A stretch of 64,000 bases of DNA, taken from assembly GCA_965242495.1 (NCBI GenBank), contig OZ251446.1, positions 458,732-522,731 on the forward strand, read 5' to 3'. Of this stretch, positions 47,456-58,160 are shown in pieces. Below the pieces are notes generated by a model that was not told where the DNA came from, searched no databases, and saw only the letters and a program-made list of their open reading frames with translations. Within the stretch, counting starts at the first letter, position 1; the number at the start of each line of letters is the position of its first letter. Source of the stretch: Alphaproteobacteria bacterium (lineage in GTDB: Bacteria; Pseudomonadota; Alphaproteobacteria; MPNO01). A program made the translations under genes and the position numbers.

Positions 47456-48246
47456 CGCTCCCCGTTCTCGACGGCCTGCCCGGCGTCCGTCACGGCTTCT
47501 TCACCCGCGCCGGCGGGGTGAGCGAGGGGGTCTACGCCTCGCTCAACTGCGGCTGGGGGTCGCGCGACGACCCGGCGCGGGTGGCCGAGAACCGCGCCCG
47601 CGCCGCGCGGCGGCTGGGGGTCGCGCCCGAGGCGCTGGCGACGGTCCGCCAAGTCCACGGCGTCGCGGTCCATCGGGTCGAGGGCGCCGGCGGGGACGAG
47701 GAAGGGCGGGGCAAGAAAGGGCAAGGCGGAGAAAGGCGGCGCGAGGCGGACGCCTTGACGACCCGGACGCCGGGCCGGGCGATCGCGGTGCTCACCGCCG
47801 ATTGCGCGCCGGTGCTGCTGGCCGATGCCGGCGCCGGCGTCGTCGGCGCCGCCCATGCCGGATGGCGCGGCGCGCTCGCCGGCGTGCTCGAAGCCGCGAT
47901 CGCGGCGATGGAGGAGCTGGGCGCCCGCCGCGCGGCGATCGCCGCCGCGATCGGCCCCTGCATCGGCCGCCGGTCCTATGAGGTGGGGCCCGAGTTCCCG
48001 GCGCCGTTCACCGCCCGGGACCCCGCCGCCGCCGCCTTCTTCGCCCCGGCGGGGGAGCGTTTCCGGTTCGATCTCGAAGGCTACGTCGCCGCCCGGCTCC
48101 GCGCCGCCGGCCTCGCCGGCGTCCAGGCCGCGCGCGCCGACACCTGCGCCGACGAGCGGCGGTTCTTCAGCCATCGCCGCGCGCGGCTGCGCGGCGAGCC
48201 GGGCCATGGCCACGGTCTGTCCGCCATCGCGCTGTCCGGGCGGTGA
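47449..48246 (+). CDS. pgeF: peptidoglycan editing factor PgeF (YfiH/DUF152)
   Basis: Laccase-domain motifs (HAGWRG, CTC…). Contains a charged low-complexity insert. Confidence 0.8.
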   Translation: MLTLPVLDGLPGVRHGFFTRAGGVSEGVYASLNCGWGSRDDPARVAENRARAARRLGVAPEALATVRQVHGVAVHRVEGAGGDEEGRGKKGQGGERRREADALTTRTPGRAIAVLTADCAPVLLADAGAGVVGAAHAGWRGALAGVLEAAIAAMEELGARRAAIAAAIGPCIGRRSYEVGPEFPAPFTARDPAAAAFFAPAGERFRFDLEGYVAARLRAAGLAGVQAARADTCADERRFFSHRRARLRGEPGHGHGLSAIALSGR

Positions 48247-48401
48247 CGTGCCTTATCTGATCCTGTTCGCATGTCTGCTGATCCTCGGCATGATGGCGAC
48301 CTGCTTCGCCTGACCGCCGGTTTACACGCCGGGAGGCGGGGGGTAGGATCGATCATGGCTCGTCGTCCCCGCGCGGGGCGGGATCGGGATGGCCCGCCGG
48401 C

Positions 48402-49334
48402 ATGAAGATCGTCGCCTGCAACAGCAACCGTCCGCTCGCCGAAGCGATCGCGGCCTATCTTCAGACGCCGCTCACCGCGGCGAGCATCCGCCGCTTCTCC
48501 GACATGGAGTGCTTCGTCGAGATCCAGGAGAACGTGCGCGGCGAGGACGCCTTCGTCATCCAGTCGACCTCCTACCCGGCGAACGACAACCTGATGGAGC
48601 TGCTGGTCACGCTGGACGCGCTGCGGCGCGGCTCGGCCCGGCGCATCACCGCGGTCGTCCCCTATTTCGGCTACGCCCGCCAGGATCGGAAGTCCGGCCC
48701 GCGCACGCCGATCTCGGCCAAGCTGGTCGCCAACCTGATCACCACCGCGGGCGCCGACCGGGTGCTCACCCTCGACCTGCACGCCGGCCAGATCCAGGGG
48801 TTCTTCGACATACCGGTGGATAATCTGTTCGCCGAGACCGTCTTCGTCCGCGACATCGGGGAGCGCTACGACGGCGAGCGGCCGATGCTGGTCTCGCCCG
48901 ACATCGGCGGCGTGTTCCGCGCGCGCGGCATCGCCAAACGGCTCGACTCGGATCTGGCGATCATCGACAAGCGGCGCGAGCGGGCCGGCGAGTCGGAGGT
49001 CATGAACGTCATCGGCGACGTGAGCGGCCGCATCTGCCTGCTGGTCGACGACATCGTGGATTCGGCGGGCACGCTGTGCAACGCCGCGGAGGCGCTGCGC
49101 GAGATCGGCGCGCGCACGGTATCGGCCTATGCGACGCACGGCGTCCTTTCCGGCGGCGCGGTCTCCCGCGTCGCCGGCTCGCCGCTGGAGCGGCTGACGA
49201 TGACCGACAGCATCCAGAGCACCGAGGCGGTGCGGGTCTCCGACAAGCTGGGGCAGCTCACCATCGCCGCGCTGATGGGCGAGGCCATTCAGCGCATCAG
49301 CGAAGAGAAATCCGTCTCCAGCCTGTTTGACTAG
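48402..49334 (+). CDS. prs: ribose-phosphate pyrophosphokinase
   Basis: PRPP synthetase motifs across the full length. Confidence 0.95.
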   Translation: MKIVACNSNRPLAEAIAAYLQTPLTAASIRRFSDMECFVEIQENVRGEDAFVIQSTSYPANDNLMELLVTLDALRRGSARRITAVVPYFGYARQDRKSGPRTPISAKLVANLITTAGADRVLTLDLHAGQIQGFFDIPVDNLFAETVFVRDIGERYDGERPMLVSPDIGGVFRARGIAKRLDSDLAIIDKRRERAGESEVMNVIGDVSGRICLLVDDIVDSAGTLCNAAEALREIGARTVSAYATHGVLSGGAVSRVAGSPLERLTMTDSIQSTEAVRVSDKLGQLTIAALMGEAIQRISEEKSVSSLFD

Positions 49335-49420
49335 CCGCGGCCGAACGGATACATCCTGTACGTCCTGCGCGCGCGTACATCCTGGCGCGCGCGGCGCGGC
49401 GGAGCGGCGAGGGGAGCGCG

Positions 49421-50116
49421 ATGGGCGAAGAGATCCGGACGCTTGCGGCGGCGGAGCGGCCGCTCGCCGGCAAGGGGCCCGCCCGGGCGGCGCGCCGGAA
49501 CGGGCTGGTGCCTGCCGTCATCTACGGCAACGACGACGCGCCGCTGCCGGTCGGCGTCGAACGCAAGGCGTTCGAACTGGCTCTCCACGAAGAGGGGTTC
49601 TTCACCCGGCTGCTCGACGTCGCGGTCGACGGCCGGCGCCACCGGGTGCTGCCGCGCGAGGTCCAGCTCCACCCGGTCACGGACGCGCCGCTGCACGTCG
49701 ATTTCCTGCGCTTCTCCGCCGACCGCACGATCGCCGCCGACGTCCCGGTCCGGTTCGAGAACGAGGACGCCTCGCCGGGGCTGAAGCGCGGCGGCGTGCT
49801 CAACGTCGTCCGCCACGCGATCGAAGTGCAATGCACCGCCGACCGCATCCCGCAGGTCGTCGTCGTCGACCTGAGCGGCTACGACATCGGCGATGCGGTC
49901 CACGCCAGCAGCGTAGCCCTGCCCGAAGCGGTCCGCTTCGCGATCACCGATCGCGACTTCACCATCGCCACCATCGCCGCCCCCACCGTCGTCGCCGAGG
50001 AGGCGGCGGAGGATCAGGCCGCGGAGACGGACGGCGAAGCGGTGCCGGCGGCCGATGCGCCGGCCGATGCGCCGGCCGAGACCGCCGATGGAGCGGGCGC
50101 GAAGTCCGAGGGCTGA
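49421..50116 (+). CDS. rplY: 50S ribosomal protein L25 / general stress protein Ctc
   Basis: L25/Ctc family with acidic Ala-rich C-terminal tail. Confidence 0.9.
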   Translation: MGEEIRTLAAAERPLAGKGPARAARRNGLVPAVIYGNDDAPLPVGVERKAFELALHEEGFFTRLLDVAVDGRRHRVLPREVQLHPVTDAPLHVDFLRFSADRTIAADVPVRFENEDASPGLKRGGVLNVVRHAIEVQCTADRIPQVVVVDLSGYDIGDAVHASSVALPEAVRFAITDRDFTIATIAAPTVVAEEAAEDQAAETDGEAVPAADAPADAPAETADGAGAKSEG

Positions 50117-50174
50117 GCGCGGGACCGAGCGCGGAGCCGGGCGCGGGACCGACCCCGGGGCCGACCGCGCGGCG

Positions 50175-50768
50175 ATGCTGATCCTGGTCGGGCTGGGCAA
50201 TCCGGGCCGCAGCTACGCCGGGCACAGGCACAACGTCGGCTTCCGGGTCGTCGACGCCCTGGCCGCCCGCTACGAACTGGCGGCGGCCCGGCCGCGCTTC
50301 CACAGCAGCGTCGCCGCCGGGGCCATCGCCGGCCGGCGGGTGCTGCTGCTCAAGCCGAAGACGTTCATGAACGATTCGGGCCGGGCGGTGGGCGCCGCGC
50401 TCCGCTTCTACAAGCTCCGCCCCCGGGACGTGCTGGTCGCGCATGACGATCTCGACTTGGCCCTGGGGAAGGTCCGGGTCAAGACCGGCGGCGGGGCGGC
50501 CGGCCATAACGGGCTCCGCAGCATCGACGCCCGCATCGGCCGCGACTACCGGCGGATGCGGCTCGGCATCGGGCATCCGGGGGACCGCGGCCGCGTGCGC
50601 GGCCACGTGCTGTCCGAGTTCGACGCGGCCGAGGCCGACATGCTCGACCGCGTGGTCGATGCGGTCTGTACGGCGATGCCGCTGCTGATCGCGGGCGACG
50701 ACCCGGGCTTCATGACCCGGGTGGCGCTGCTCAACCCGCCGCCCAAGGCGCGGGCGGACGCCGGGTGA
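50175..50768 (+). CDS. pth: peptidyl-tRNA hydrolase
   Basis: LIVGLGNPG…HN Pth signature. Confidence 0.9.
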   Translation: MLILVGLGNPGRSYAGHRHNVGFRVVDALAARYELAAARPRFHSSVAAGAIAGRRVLLLKPKTFMNDSGRAVGAALRFYKLRPRDVLVAHDDLDLALGKVRVKTGGGAAGHNGLRSIDARIGRDYRRMRLGIGHPGDRGRVRGHVLSEFDAAEADMLDRVVDAVCTAMPLLIAGDDPGFMTRVALLNPPPKARADAG

Positions 50769-51853
50769 CGGGGTTGCGCTGCGGCGTCGTAGGCCTTCCC
50801 AACGCAGGCAAGTCGAGCCTGTTCAACGCGCTCACCGCCTCGGCCGCGGCCGAGGTCGCGAACTACCCCTTCACCACGGTCGAACCCAATCTGGGCCGCG
50901 TTCCGGTCGCCGATGCGCGGCTCGCCGAAATCGCCCGCGTCGCCGGGTCGGCGCGCATCGCGCCGGCGCAGCTCGACATGGTGGACATCGCCGGGCTGGT
51001 GAAGGGCGCGAGCCGGGGCGAGGGGCTCGGCAACCGGTTCCTGGCCACGATCCGGGACATGGACGCCATCGCCCACGTGGTCCGCTGCTTCGACGACGAG
51101 GGGGTCCCCCATGACGGCCCGCTCGACGCCGCGGGGGACGCGGAGATCGTCGAAACCGAGCTGCTGCTGGCCGATCTCGACGGTCTGGAGCGGCGGCTCG
51201 ACCCGCTGATCAAGAAGGCGCGCGGCGGCGACCGGGCGGCGATCGAGGAGAAAGAGGCCGTCGAGCGCTGCCTTGCGGTCCTGCGCGAAGGCCGGCCCGC
51301 GCGCGCCGCGGGCGAGGGTCCCGCGTTCGACCGGTTGCAGCTCCTGACCGCCAAGCCGGCGCTCTACGTCGGCAACGTCGAGGAGGACGCGGCGGCGTCC
51401 GGCAACGACCGGTCGCGGCGCCTCGCCGATTGGGCGGCGGCGCGGGGGGCGCCGGTCGCGATCGTCTCGGCGGCGATCGAGGCGGAGATCGCCCGGCTTG
51501 CGGACGCGGACGAACGGGCCGCGTTCCTGGCTGCGATCGGACTCGAAGAAACCGGTCTCAAGGGTTTGATTCGTAAAATCTACGACCTGTTGGGATTGAT
51601 CACCTTCTTCACCGCCAACGCCAAGGAGGCCCATGCCTGGACCGTCGCCGCGGGGACGCGCGCGATCGACGCCGCGGGCGGCGTCCATTCGGACATGGCG
51701 CGCGGCTTCATCGCCGCCGAGACCGTCCCGGCCGACGCCTATGTCGCCCTTGGCGGCGAGCAGGGGGCGCGGGATGCGGCGGCGCTGCGCCGGGAAGGCC
51801 GCGACTACCCAGTGCGCGACGGCGACGTGATCCTTTTTCGCTTCAACGTATGA
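50765..51853 (+). CDS. ychF: redox-regulated ribosome-binding ATPase YchF
   Basis: GVVGLPNAGKSSLFNALT P-loop and TGS domain. GTG start overlapping pth stop. Confidence 0.9.
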   Translation: MTGLRCGVVGLPNAGKSSLFNALTASAAAEVANYPFTTVEPNLGRVPVADARLAEIARVAGSARIAPAQLDMVDIAGLVKGASRGEGLGNRFLATIRDMDAIAHVVRCFDDEGVPHDGPLDAAGDAEIVETELLLADLDGLERRLDPLIKKARGGDRAAIEEKEAVERCLAVLREGRPARAAGEGPAFDRLQLLTAKPALYVGNVEEDAAASGNDRSRRLADWAAARGAPVAIVSAAIEAEIARLADADERAAFLAAIGLEETGLKGLIRKIYDLLGLITFFTANAKEAHAWTVAAGTRAIDAAGGVHSDMARGFIAAETVPADAYVALGGEQGARDAAALRREGRDYPVRDGDVILFRFNV

Positions 51854-51929
51854 GGCGATGGAGGCTATATTGGCGCGGCGGCGGGCGGCCCCGCCCGCCG
51901 AACCTCAACCCTGTCGGGAGACCTGTCGG

Positions 51930-52604
51930 ATGGCAAGGCGAATTTCGTTGACGGCAAGCGACGGCCACCAGCTCGGCGCCTTCGTGGCGGAGCCATCGGG
52001 AACGCCGAAAGGCGGCGTGATCGTCATTCAGGAGATATTCGGCGTCAACGGCCATATCCAGGACCTGGTGGACATGTTCGCCGGGAAGGGCTATCTCGCC
52101 GTCGCGCCCGAACTGTTCGACCGCTTCGAGAAGGGCGTGGCCCTCGGCTACGACGAGACCTCCTTCGCCAAGGGCCGCGACCTGCGCGGCCGGCTGACCG
52201 ACGACATGATCCTCGCCGACGTGGGCGCCGCGGCGGCGCATGTCGGGACCGCCGGCAAGGTCGGGCTCATCGGCTACTGCTTCGGCGGCTACGTCGCCTG
52301 GGTGACCGCCTGCGGGCTCGACAGCCTCGCCTGTTCGGCCAGCTGCTACGGCGGCGGCGTCGCCGCGCGGGCGGAGAACGACACGCCGCGCTGCCCGGTC
52401 CAGTTCCATTTCGGCGACAAGGACCACGCCATTCCGCTGGACGACGTGCAGAAGATCAAGAACGCGCATCCCGACGTCCCGACCTTCGTCTACGACGATT
52501 CGGCGCATGGTTTCTGCTGCGACGACCGCGACGTCTACAACGCCGGCGCGTGCGAGCGCATGCATGGCCGCGCGCTGGCGATGTTCGCCGAACACGTCGG
52601 CTGA
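51930..52604 (+). CDS. dienelactone hydrolase family protein
   Basis: GGGAGA RBS. DLH pattern with Cys nucleophile (IGYCFGG). Confidence 0.75.
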   Translation: MARRISLTASDGHQLGAFVAEPSGTPKGGVIVIQEIFGVNGHIQDLVDMFAGKGYLAVAPELFDRFEKGVALGYDETSFAKGRDLRGRLTDDMILADVGAAAAHVGTAGKVGLIGYCFGGYVAWVTACGLDSLACSASCYGGGVAARAENDTPRCPVQFHFGDKDHAIPLDDVQKIKNAHPDVPTFVYDDSAHGFCCDDRDVYNAGACERMHGRALAMFAEHVG

Positions 52605-52655
52605 CGGGGGGGGGCGACCCGGGGGAGGAGCGACCGGAGGCCGGGCGGGCGGCGC

Positions 52656-53825
52656 TCACGACGCCGGCGCGCCCGCCGGGCCGCCCGACCACATCCGCGC
52701 CAGGACCAGCGTGAGACCGCCGCCGGCCGCCGCCATCGCCGCCATGGCGTGGAACGCCGCCCCGCCGAACGCTGCGTAGAGCTGCCCGGCGGCGATCATC
52801 GCCAGCCCCATCGCGACCCCCATCGCGAAGCCGGCGTAGAGGCTCTGCGCCGTCGCCGAACGGGAGGCGGGTACGGCGCGCTGGAGAAAATGCATCGCCG
52901 CGAGATGCGCGGCGGCGAAGGTGGCGGCGTGCAGGAGCTGGACCGCGGCCAGCGCGGCGAGGTCGGTGGTGAGCCCGAGGACGCTCCAGCGGACGATTCC
53001 GGCGACCGCGGCGACGCCGAGCAGCCGCAGCGGACCCAGCCGGGCCACGACCGCGCCGGAGAAGGCGAACAGGGCGATCTCGGCGACGACGCCTTCGGCC
53101 CATAGCGCGCCGATCGCAGCGTCGTCCAGGCCGGCGGCGCGCCAGTGCAGGGTGGCGAAGCCGTAATAGGCGGCGTGGCTCGCCTGGATCAGACCGGCGG
53201 CGCACAGGAACACGACGAAGACGCGGTTGCGCAGCAGGTCCGACGAGGGCGGCCCGGGGCCCTGCGCCGGCGGTGGGCGGATGTCGGGCAGGGCGAAGCT
53301 CGCCGCCAGCGTCAGCGCGAGCGCCGCCAGGACCAGCCACAGCACCAGGTCGTCGGGACGCCCGGCCAGCAGCCGGCCGCCGAACGCGGCCCCGGCGATG
53401 AAGGTGAGCGAGCCCCAGAGCCGGACCCGGCCGTAGTCGAAGCCTCGTTGGCGCGCGGCCAGCATGGCCAGATTCTCGCCCAGCGGAATCACCGCGCTGA
53501 AGCAGGCCGCGGCCAGCGCGCCGACCGCGAGCAACGGCCAGAAACCGCGCGCTCCGGCATAGGCGAGATAGGCGAGGCAGGTCGCGGCCAGCAACAGGAC
53601 GATGACGCGCTTGCGCTCGCCGCGCCGATCCGCGCCATGCGCGATCAACGGCGGGACGACGGCGCGGATCCAGGCGGCCGCGGACAGGAGTATCCCGATC
53701 TCCGCCGCGTCCGCCCCGCGCGAGGCGAGCCACACCGGCCAGAACGGCAGATGCACCCCGACATAGAGAAACGCCGCGGCGTAGAACAGGCCGAGCGGGA
53801 GCGGCGCAGCGAAGAGTCCGTTCAT
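52656..53825 (-). CDS. MFS transporter
   Basis: 12-TM hydrophobic profile. MFS motifs. Confidence 0.75.
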   Translation of the reverse strand: MNGLFAAPLPLGLFYAAAFLYVGVHLPFWPVWLASRGADAAEIGILLSAAAWIRAVVPPLIAHGADRRGERKRVIVLLLAATCLAYLAYAGARGFWPLLAVGALAAACFSAVIPLGENLAMLAARQRGFDYGRVRLWGSLTFIAGAAFGGRLLAGRPDDLVLWLVLAALALTLAASFALPDIRPPPAQGPGPPSSDLLRNRVFVVFLCAAGLIQASHAAYYGFATLHWRAAGLDDAAIGALWAEGVVAEIALFAFSGAVVARLGPLRLLGVAAVAGIVRWSVLGLTTDLAALAAVQLLHAATFAAAHLAAMHFLQRAVPASRSATAQSLYAGFAMGVAMGLAMIAAGQLYAAFGGAAFHAMAAMAAAGGGLTLVLARMWSGGPAGAPAS

Positions 53826-53959
53826 TCCTTCCGACGCCGATCGGTGTCCGGCCCCGCCGCGGCTCGCCCGGCGTCCCGCGCATCGCCGACGAAGACGCGC
53901 CCTTGGCGCGACGGCGGCCGCGATGATAGCATGCGGCGGCGAGGCTGGAGGGAACGCCG

Positions 53960-55033
53960 ATGGAATTCGGGATGCAGTTCTTCCCCGACGTCGGGGAAGA
54001 CGAGAAGACCGGCGCGCGCTATTTCGACGAATCGCTGCGGCTGATCGAGTATTGCGACGTCTACGGCTACACCCACGTGCGCACGGTCGAGCACTACTTC
54101 CACCCGTATGGCGGCTACAGCCCCAACCCTCACATCTTCCTGACCGCGGCCTCGCAGCGCAGCCGCAACGCGCGCATGGTCACCGGCGCCGTGCTGCCGG
54201 TCTTCAACCATCCGCTCAAGATCGCCGGCGAGATCGGCATGCTGGACGCGATCTCCGGCGGGCGGCTCGAATGCGGCTTCGCCCGCGCCTTCCTGCCGCA
54301 TGAATACGCCCGCTTCGGCGTCGAACTCGACGACAGCGTCGCCCGCTTCGACGAAGGCGTCGAACAGGTGCGCCGCCTGCTGGAGGAGGAGAACCTCACC
54401 ATGGCGGGGCGCTTCCACAGCTTCGCCAACGTGACCTCGCTGCCGCGCCCGACGCAGAAGCCGCGGCCGCAGTTCTGGACCGCGGCCTTCACGACGCCGC
54501 AATCCTTCGAAAAGGCCGGCCGCAACGGCAGCTGGATCATGGCCATCCCCATCGGCGGCGGGGCGATGGCCGATCTGGTGGCCGTCTACCGCGACGCCTG
54601 GAAGGCGGCTGGGCACCCGGGAAACGGCCGGGTGATGCTCGCCTTCCACATGTACTGCCACGAGGACCGCGAGGAGGCCTATCGCATCGGCCGCGATCCG
54701 TTGAACCGCTATCTCAAATCGCTGGTCGATGCGGCGTCCGACTGGACCAGCGGCGCCTCTTCGGCGGACTACAAGGGCTACGACAAGCTGATCGACGCCC
54801 TCGACCGGGAGACGTTCGAATCCCAGCTCGAGAAGGGCGCCGCCTGGGCCGGCGCGCCCGCCGACCTGATCGAGCAGATCGAAGCCTACGACCGGGCGGT
54901 CGGCGGGTTCGAGGACGCCTCGTTGCAGGTCAACTACAACACGATCTCCTACGAAGACGCCGAGCGTTCGGTCAAGCTGTTCGGCGAGAGGGTCATCCCG
55001 CATTTCGCCGGCAAGCGGGCGGCCGCCGAATAG
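53960..55033 (+). CDS. LLM-class (luciferase-like) flavin-dependent oxidoreductase
   Basis: Luciferase-like TIM barrel pattern. GGAGGG RBS. Confidence 0.8.
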   Translation: MEFGMQFFPDVGEDEKTGARYFDESLRLIEYCDVYGYTHVRTVEHYFHPYGGYSPNPHIFLTAASQRSRNARMVTGAVLPVFNHPLKIAGEIGMLDAISGGRLECGFARAFLPHEYARFGVELDDSVARFDEGVEQVRRLLEEENLTMAGRFHSFANVTSLPRPTQKPRPQFWTAAFTTPQSFEKAGRNGSWIMAIPIGGGAMADLVAVYRDAWKAAGHPGNGRVMLAFHMYCHEDREEAYRIGRDPLNRYLKSLVDAASDWTSGASSADYKGYDKLIDALDRETFESQLEKGAAWAGAPADLIEQIEAYDRAVGGFEDASLQVNYNTISYEDAERSVKLFGERVIPHFAGKRAAAE

Positions 55034-55067
55034 GCCGGCCGTCGAACGGACCCGCCGCCCGCGCCCC

Positions 55068-56762
55068 ATGCGCTACGACTACGCCATCGTCGGCGGCGGG
55101 TCGGCGGGCTGCGCGCTCGCCGGGCGCCTCTCCGCCCGCTCCGCCAACCGGGTTCTGCTGATCGAGGCCGGCCGCGACTACCCGCCCGGCGCCGAACCCG
55201 CGGAGGTCCGCGACAGCTTCTACACCGCCGTCTACCACGCCCGGAACCTATGGCCCGGGATCATGGTCCACTGGCGGGCGGGGCCTTGCGGCGCCCCGGG
55301 GCGGGCGGGGCCGAGGCGCTACGAGCAGGCGCGCATCATGGGCGGCGGCTCCAGCATCAACGCCATGGTCGCGCTGCGCGGCTTCCCGCGCGACTTCGAG
55401 GAATGGGCGGCCCTCGGCGCGGCGGGCTGGTCGTGGGACGACGTGGCGCCCTATTTCCGCCGGCTCGAACGCGATCTCGATTTCACCGGCCCGGCGCACG
55501 GCGCCGACGGGCCGATTCCGATCCGCCGGCACGATCCCGGCGACTGGCCGCCCTTCTGCCGCGCGGTCGCCGATGCGCTGGCGGCGCGGGGCTTCGCCCG
55601 CCTCGCCGACGCCAACGGCGAGTTCCGCGACGGCGTGATCCCGATTCCGATGAACAACCTGCCGTCCGGGCGCGTGTCCGCGGCGATGGCCTATCTCGAC
55701 CGCGACGCGCGGGCGCGGCCCAATCTCGACATCCTCGCCGAGGCGCGCGCGCTGCATCTCGCCTTCGACGGCGCGCGCATCGACGGGGTCGCGGTCGAAC
55801 GCGGCGGAAGGCGGGAGGTCCTCGCCGCGCGCAACGTGATCCTGGCCGCCGGCGCGTTCCAGTCGCCGGCGCTGCTGATGCGGTCGGGCGTGGGGCCCGC
55901 CGATCATCTGCAGTCGCACGGCGTCGACGTCCGCCTCGATCTGCCGGGGGTCGGCGGCAATCTGTGCGACCATCCGACGGTCGCCGTCGCGGCGCATCTG
56001 AAACGCGCCGCCATGCAGCCCCGGTCGCTTCGCGCCGCCGGCAACGTGGCGCTGCGATACTCGTCCGGACTCGCCGGCTGCCCGCCGACCGACATGTATA
56101 TGAGCGCGCCCAACAAGGTGTCGTGGCACGCGCTCGGGGCGCGCATGGCGTCGCTCACCGTGTCCTGTTACCGGCCGTTCTCGCGCGGCCGCGTGTCGCT
56201 CGCGGGCGCGGATCCGTCGGCGGAGCCCCGGATCGAGCTCGATCTCCTGTCGGACCGGCGCGACCTCGAACGCATGAAGGCGGGGGTCCGCTTCGCCGGC
56301 GAGCTGGTCCAGGCGCCTCCGGTCCGGGCGCTGATCAACGAAGCCTTTCCGGCGAGCTTCTCCGAGCGCGTGCGCCGACTCAACGCCTATCGGCCGGCGA
56401 ACGGCGCGCGGGCGCGGCTGCTCGCCCTGACCCTCGACGGGCCGGCGGCGCTGCGCCGCCGCCTCATCGACCGGGTAGTCAGCCCCGGCGCCGAGCTCGG
56501 CCGGCTGATGGCCGACGACGACCTGCTCGAGGAATGGGTCCGCGACAACGCGACCGGCTTCTTTCATCCGGCGGGGACCTGTCGGATGGGCGCGCCCGGC
56601 GACCCTCGGGCGGTGGTGGATCCGTCCTGCCGGGTGCGCGGCGTCGACGGCCTGCGCGTCGTCGATGCGTCGGTGATGCCGTCGATCGTCAGCGTCAACA
56701 CCAACGTCACCACGATCATGATCGCGGAGAAGGCGGCCGACGCGATCCTGTCGGCCGCCTGA
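55068..56762 (+). CDS. GMC family oxidoreductase (paralog of 9851..11569)
   Basis: [22 protein letters not shown] motif. About 45% identity by eye to the first GMC. Confidence 0.85.
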   Translation: MRYDYAIVGGGSAGCALAGRLSARSANRVLLIEAGRDYPPGAEPAEVRDSFYTAVYHARNLWPGIMVHWRAGPCGAPGRAGPRRYEQARIMGGGSSINAMVALRGFPRDFEEWAALGAAGWSWDDVAPYFRRLERDLDFTGPAHGADGPIPIRRHDPGDWPPFCRAVADALAARGFARLADANGEFRDGVIPIPMNNLPSGRVSAAMAYLDRDARARPNLDILAEARALHLAFDGARIDGVAVERGGRREVLAARNVILAAGAFQSPALLMRSGVGPADHLQSHGVDVRLDLPGVGGNLCDHPTVAVAAHLKRAAMQPRSLRAAGNVALRYSSGLAGCPPTDMYMSAPNKVSWHALGARMASLTVSCYRPFSRGRVSLAGADPSAEPRIELDLLSDRRDLERMKAGVRFAGELVQAPPVRALINEAFPASFSERVRRLNAYRPANGARARLLALTLDGPAALRRRLIDRVVSPGAELGRLMADDDLLEEWVRDNATGFFHPAGTCRMGAPGDPRAVVDPSCRVRGVDGLRVVDASVMPSIVSVNTNVTTIMIAEKAADAILSAA

Positions 56763-56784
56763 GCCGGCGGGGGCGCGGCCTGGG

Positions 56785-57378
56785 ATGTCCGGGGGCGAGA
56801 TCGAGCGGCTGATCCGGCTCCTCGCCAAGCTGCCGGGGCTGGGCCCGCGCTCGGCGCGCCGCGCCGCGCTTCACCTGATCGCGCGCCGCGAGGCGCTGCT
56901 GGCCCCGCTGGCCGCGGCCATGGCCGACGCCGCCCGCTCGGTCGTCGCCTGCGGCGTCTGCGGCAACCTGGATTCGCGCGATCCCTGCGCCATCTGCGCC
57001 GACGGACGCCGGGACCCGGCCGTGATCTGCGTCGTCGAGGAGGTCGCGGATCTGTGGGCGCTCGAGCGCATGGGCGCGTTCAAGGGCGCCTATCACGTCC
57101 TCGGCGGCGTCCTGTCGGCCCTCGACGGGCGCGGACCCGAAGCGCTGGCCATCGACCGACTGGTCGAACGCGCCGCCGCGCCCGCGACCAGAGAGGTGAT
57201 CCTCGCCACCTCGGCGACGGTCGATGGCCAGACCACCGCGCATTACGTCGCCGACCGGCTCGCCGGGGCGGCGGTCGAGATCTCGCGCCTCGCGCATGGC
57301 GTGCCCGTCGGCGGCGCGCTCGACTATCTCGACGACGGCACCCTGTTCGCCGCCCTGGAGGCCCGGCGGCCGGTCTGA
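56785..57378 (+). CDS. recR: recombination protein RecR
   Basis: HhH, C4 zinc finger (CGVCGN…CAIC) and Toprim domain. Confidence 0.9.
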   Translation: MSGGEIERLIRLLAKLPGLGPRSARRAALHLIARREALLAPLAAAMADAARSVVACGVCGNLDSRDPCAICADGRRDPAVICVVEEVADLWALERMGAFKGAYHVLGGVLSALDGRGPEALAIDRLVERAAAPATREVILATSATVDGQTTAHYVADRLAGAAVEISRLAHGVPVGGALDYLDDGTLFAALEARRPV

Positions 57379-57812
57379 GGGCGCGCGGCGGCGCCCGCCA
57401 TTGGCGGTTGGGGTCGCCCTGGCGCCGTTCCCGCGTCGTCGGAGGAGGATCGAAGGGGGCTACGGCGGTGGATAATCGGGCGCGGGCGATGGCGAACTCG
57501 TCCTTCCAGGGATGGGCGGCCATGGCGGTACAGGCGCGACGCCGGGCAGGCGCCCTGCCTCACATGTGTCCGAACCAAGTCGGGTCGGCGCTGCGCTGCG
57601 CAACGCGCATACGGCCGCGACGAGCAGGGCGGAGCCGCGCCAATCTTTCGCGAAGCGCCGGCAAAGCGCGATTCATGATCGAGCGCATGACTCAAATTAG
57701 GGTTTTTCTCTCCTGCTTCCCGCCGCTAGGTTTCGAATCGGTTTCAAACACGGGCGGGAACGCTTGCGGACCGTCCGCACGGGCGGAAGCGGAAGGAGCC
57801 GGGAGACGAAGG

Positions 57813-58160
57813 ATGGACAAGGAGACTCACGGCCAACGCTGGGCGGCGATGGTGGCGAACTGGCGGGGGGACCCCGAGTTCCGCTCGCGGATGGAGGAGG
57901 ATCCCAAGGCGGCGCTAGCCGAGAACGGGATCGAACTCCCCGGCGGCGTCGAGGACGTGCGCCTCGCGGTGGACAGCGAGGAAACCGTTCACATGGTTTT
58001 TCCGCCCGATCCGAACGGCGCGATGTCCGACGCCTCGCTCCAGGGCGTCGTTGGCGGCACTGATTGGATGATAATGGGTAATGGCTGGATGATAGGAACT
58101 TATGACGTTCCTCAGACTCCGTTTGCTTTCGCGTTTTCCGGCGGACTGACCTCGGGATAG
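57813..58160 (+). CDS. NHLP (nitrile-hydratase leader peptide) family RiPP precursor
   Basis: Strong AGGAG RBS cluster. Leader RWAAMVANWRGDPEFRSRMEEDPKAALAENGIELPGGVEDVRLAV…VHMVFPP…LQGVVGG matches the NHLP consensus including a terminal GG. 33-aa core TDWMIMGNGWMIGTYDVPQTPFAFAFSGGLTSG encoded by about 43% GC DNA. Confidence 0.7.
   Translation: MDKETHGQRWAAMVANWRGDPEFRSRMEEDPKAALAENGIELPGGVEDVRLAVDSEETVHMVFPPDPNGAMSDASLQGVVGGTDWMIMGNGWMIGTYDVPQTPFAFAFSGGLTSG

Noticed and set aside
57690-57812. Possible sigma-54 (-24/-12) promoter upstream of the NHLP gene (GGGAAC…GCTTGC)
   Set aside because: GG…GC spacing is 10 rather than the required 12 nt. Not a convincing match.
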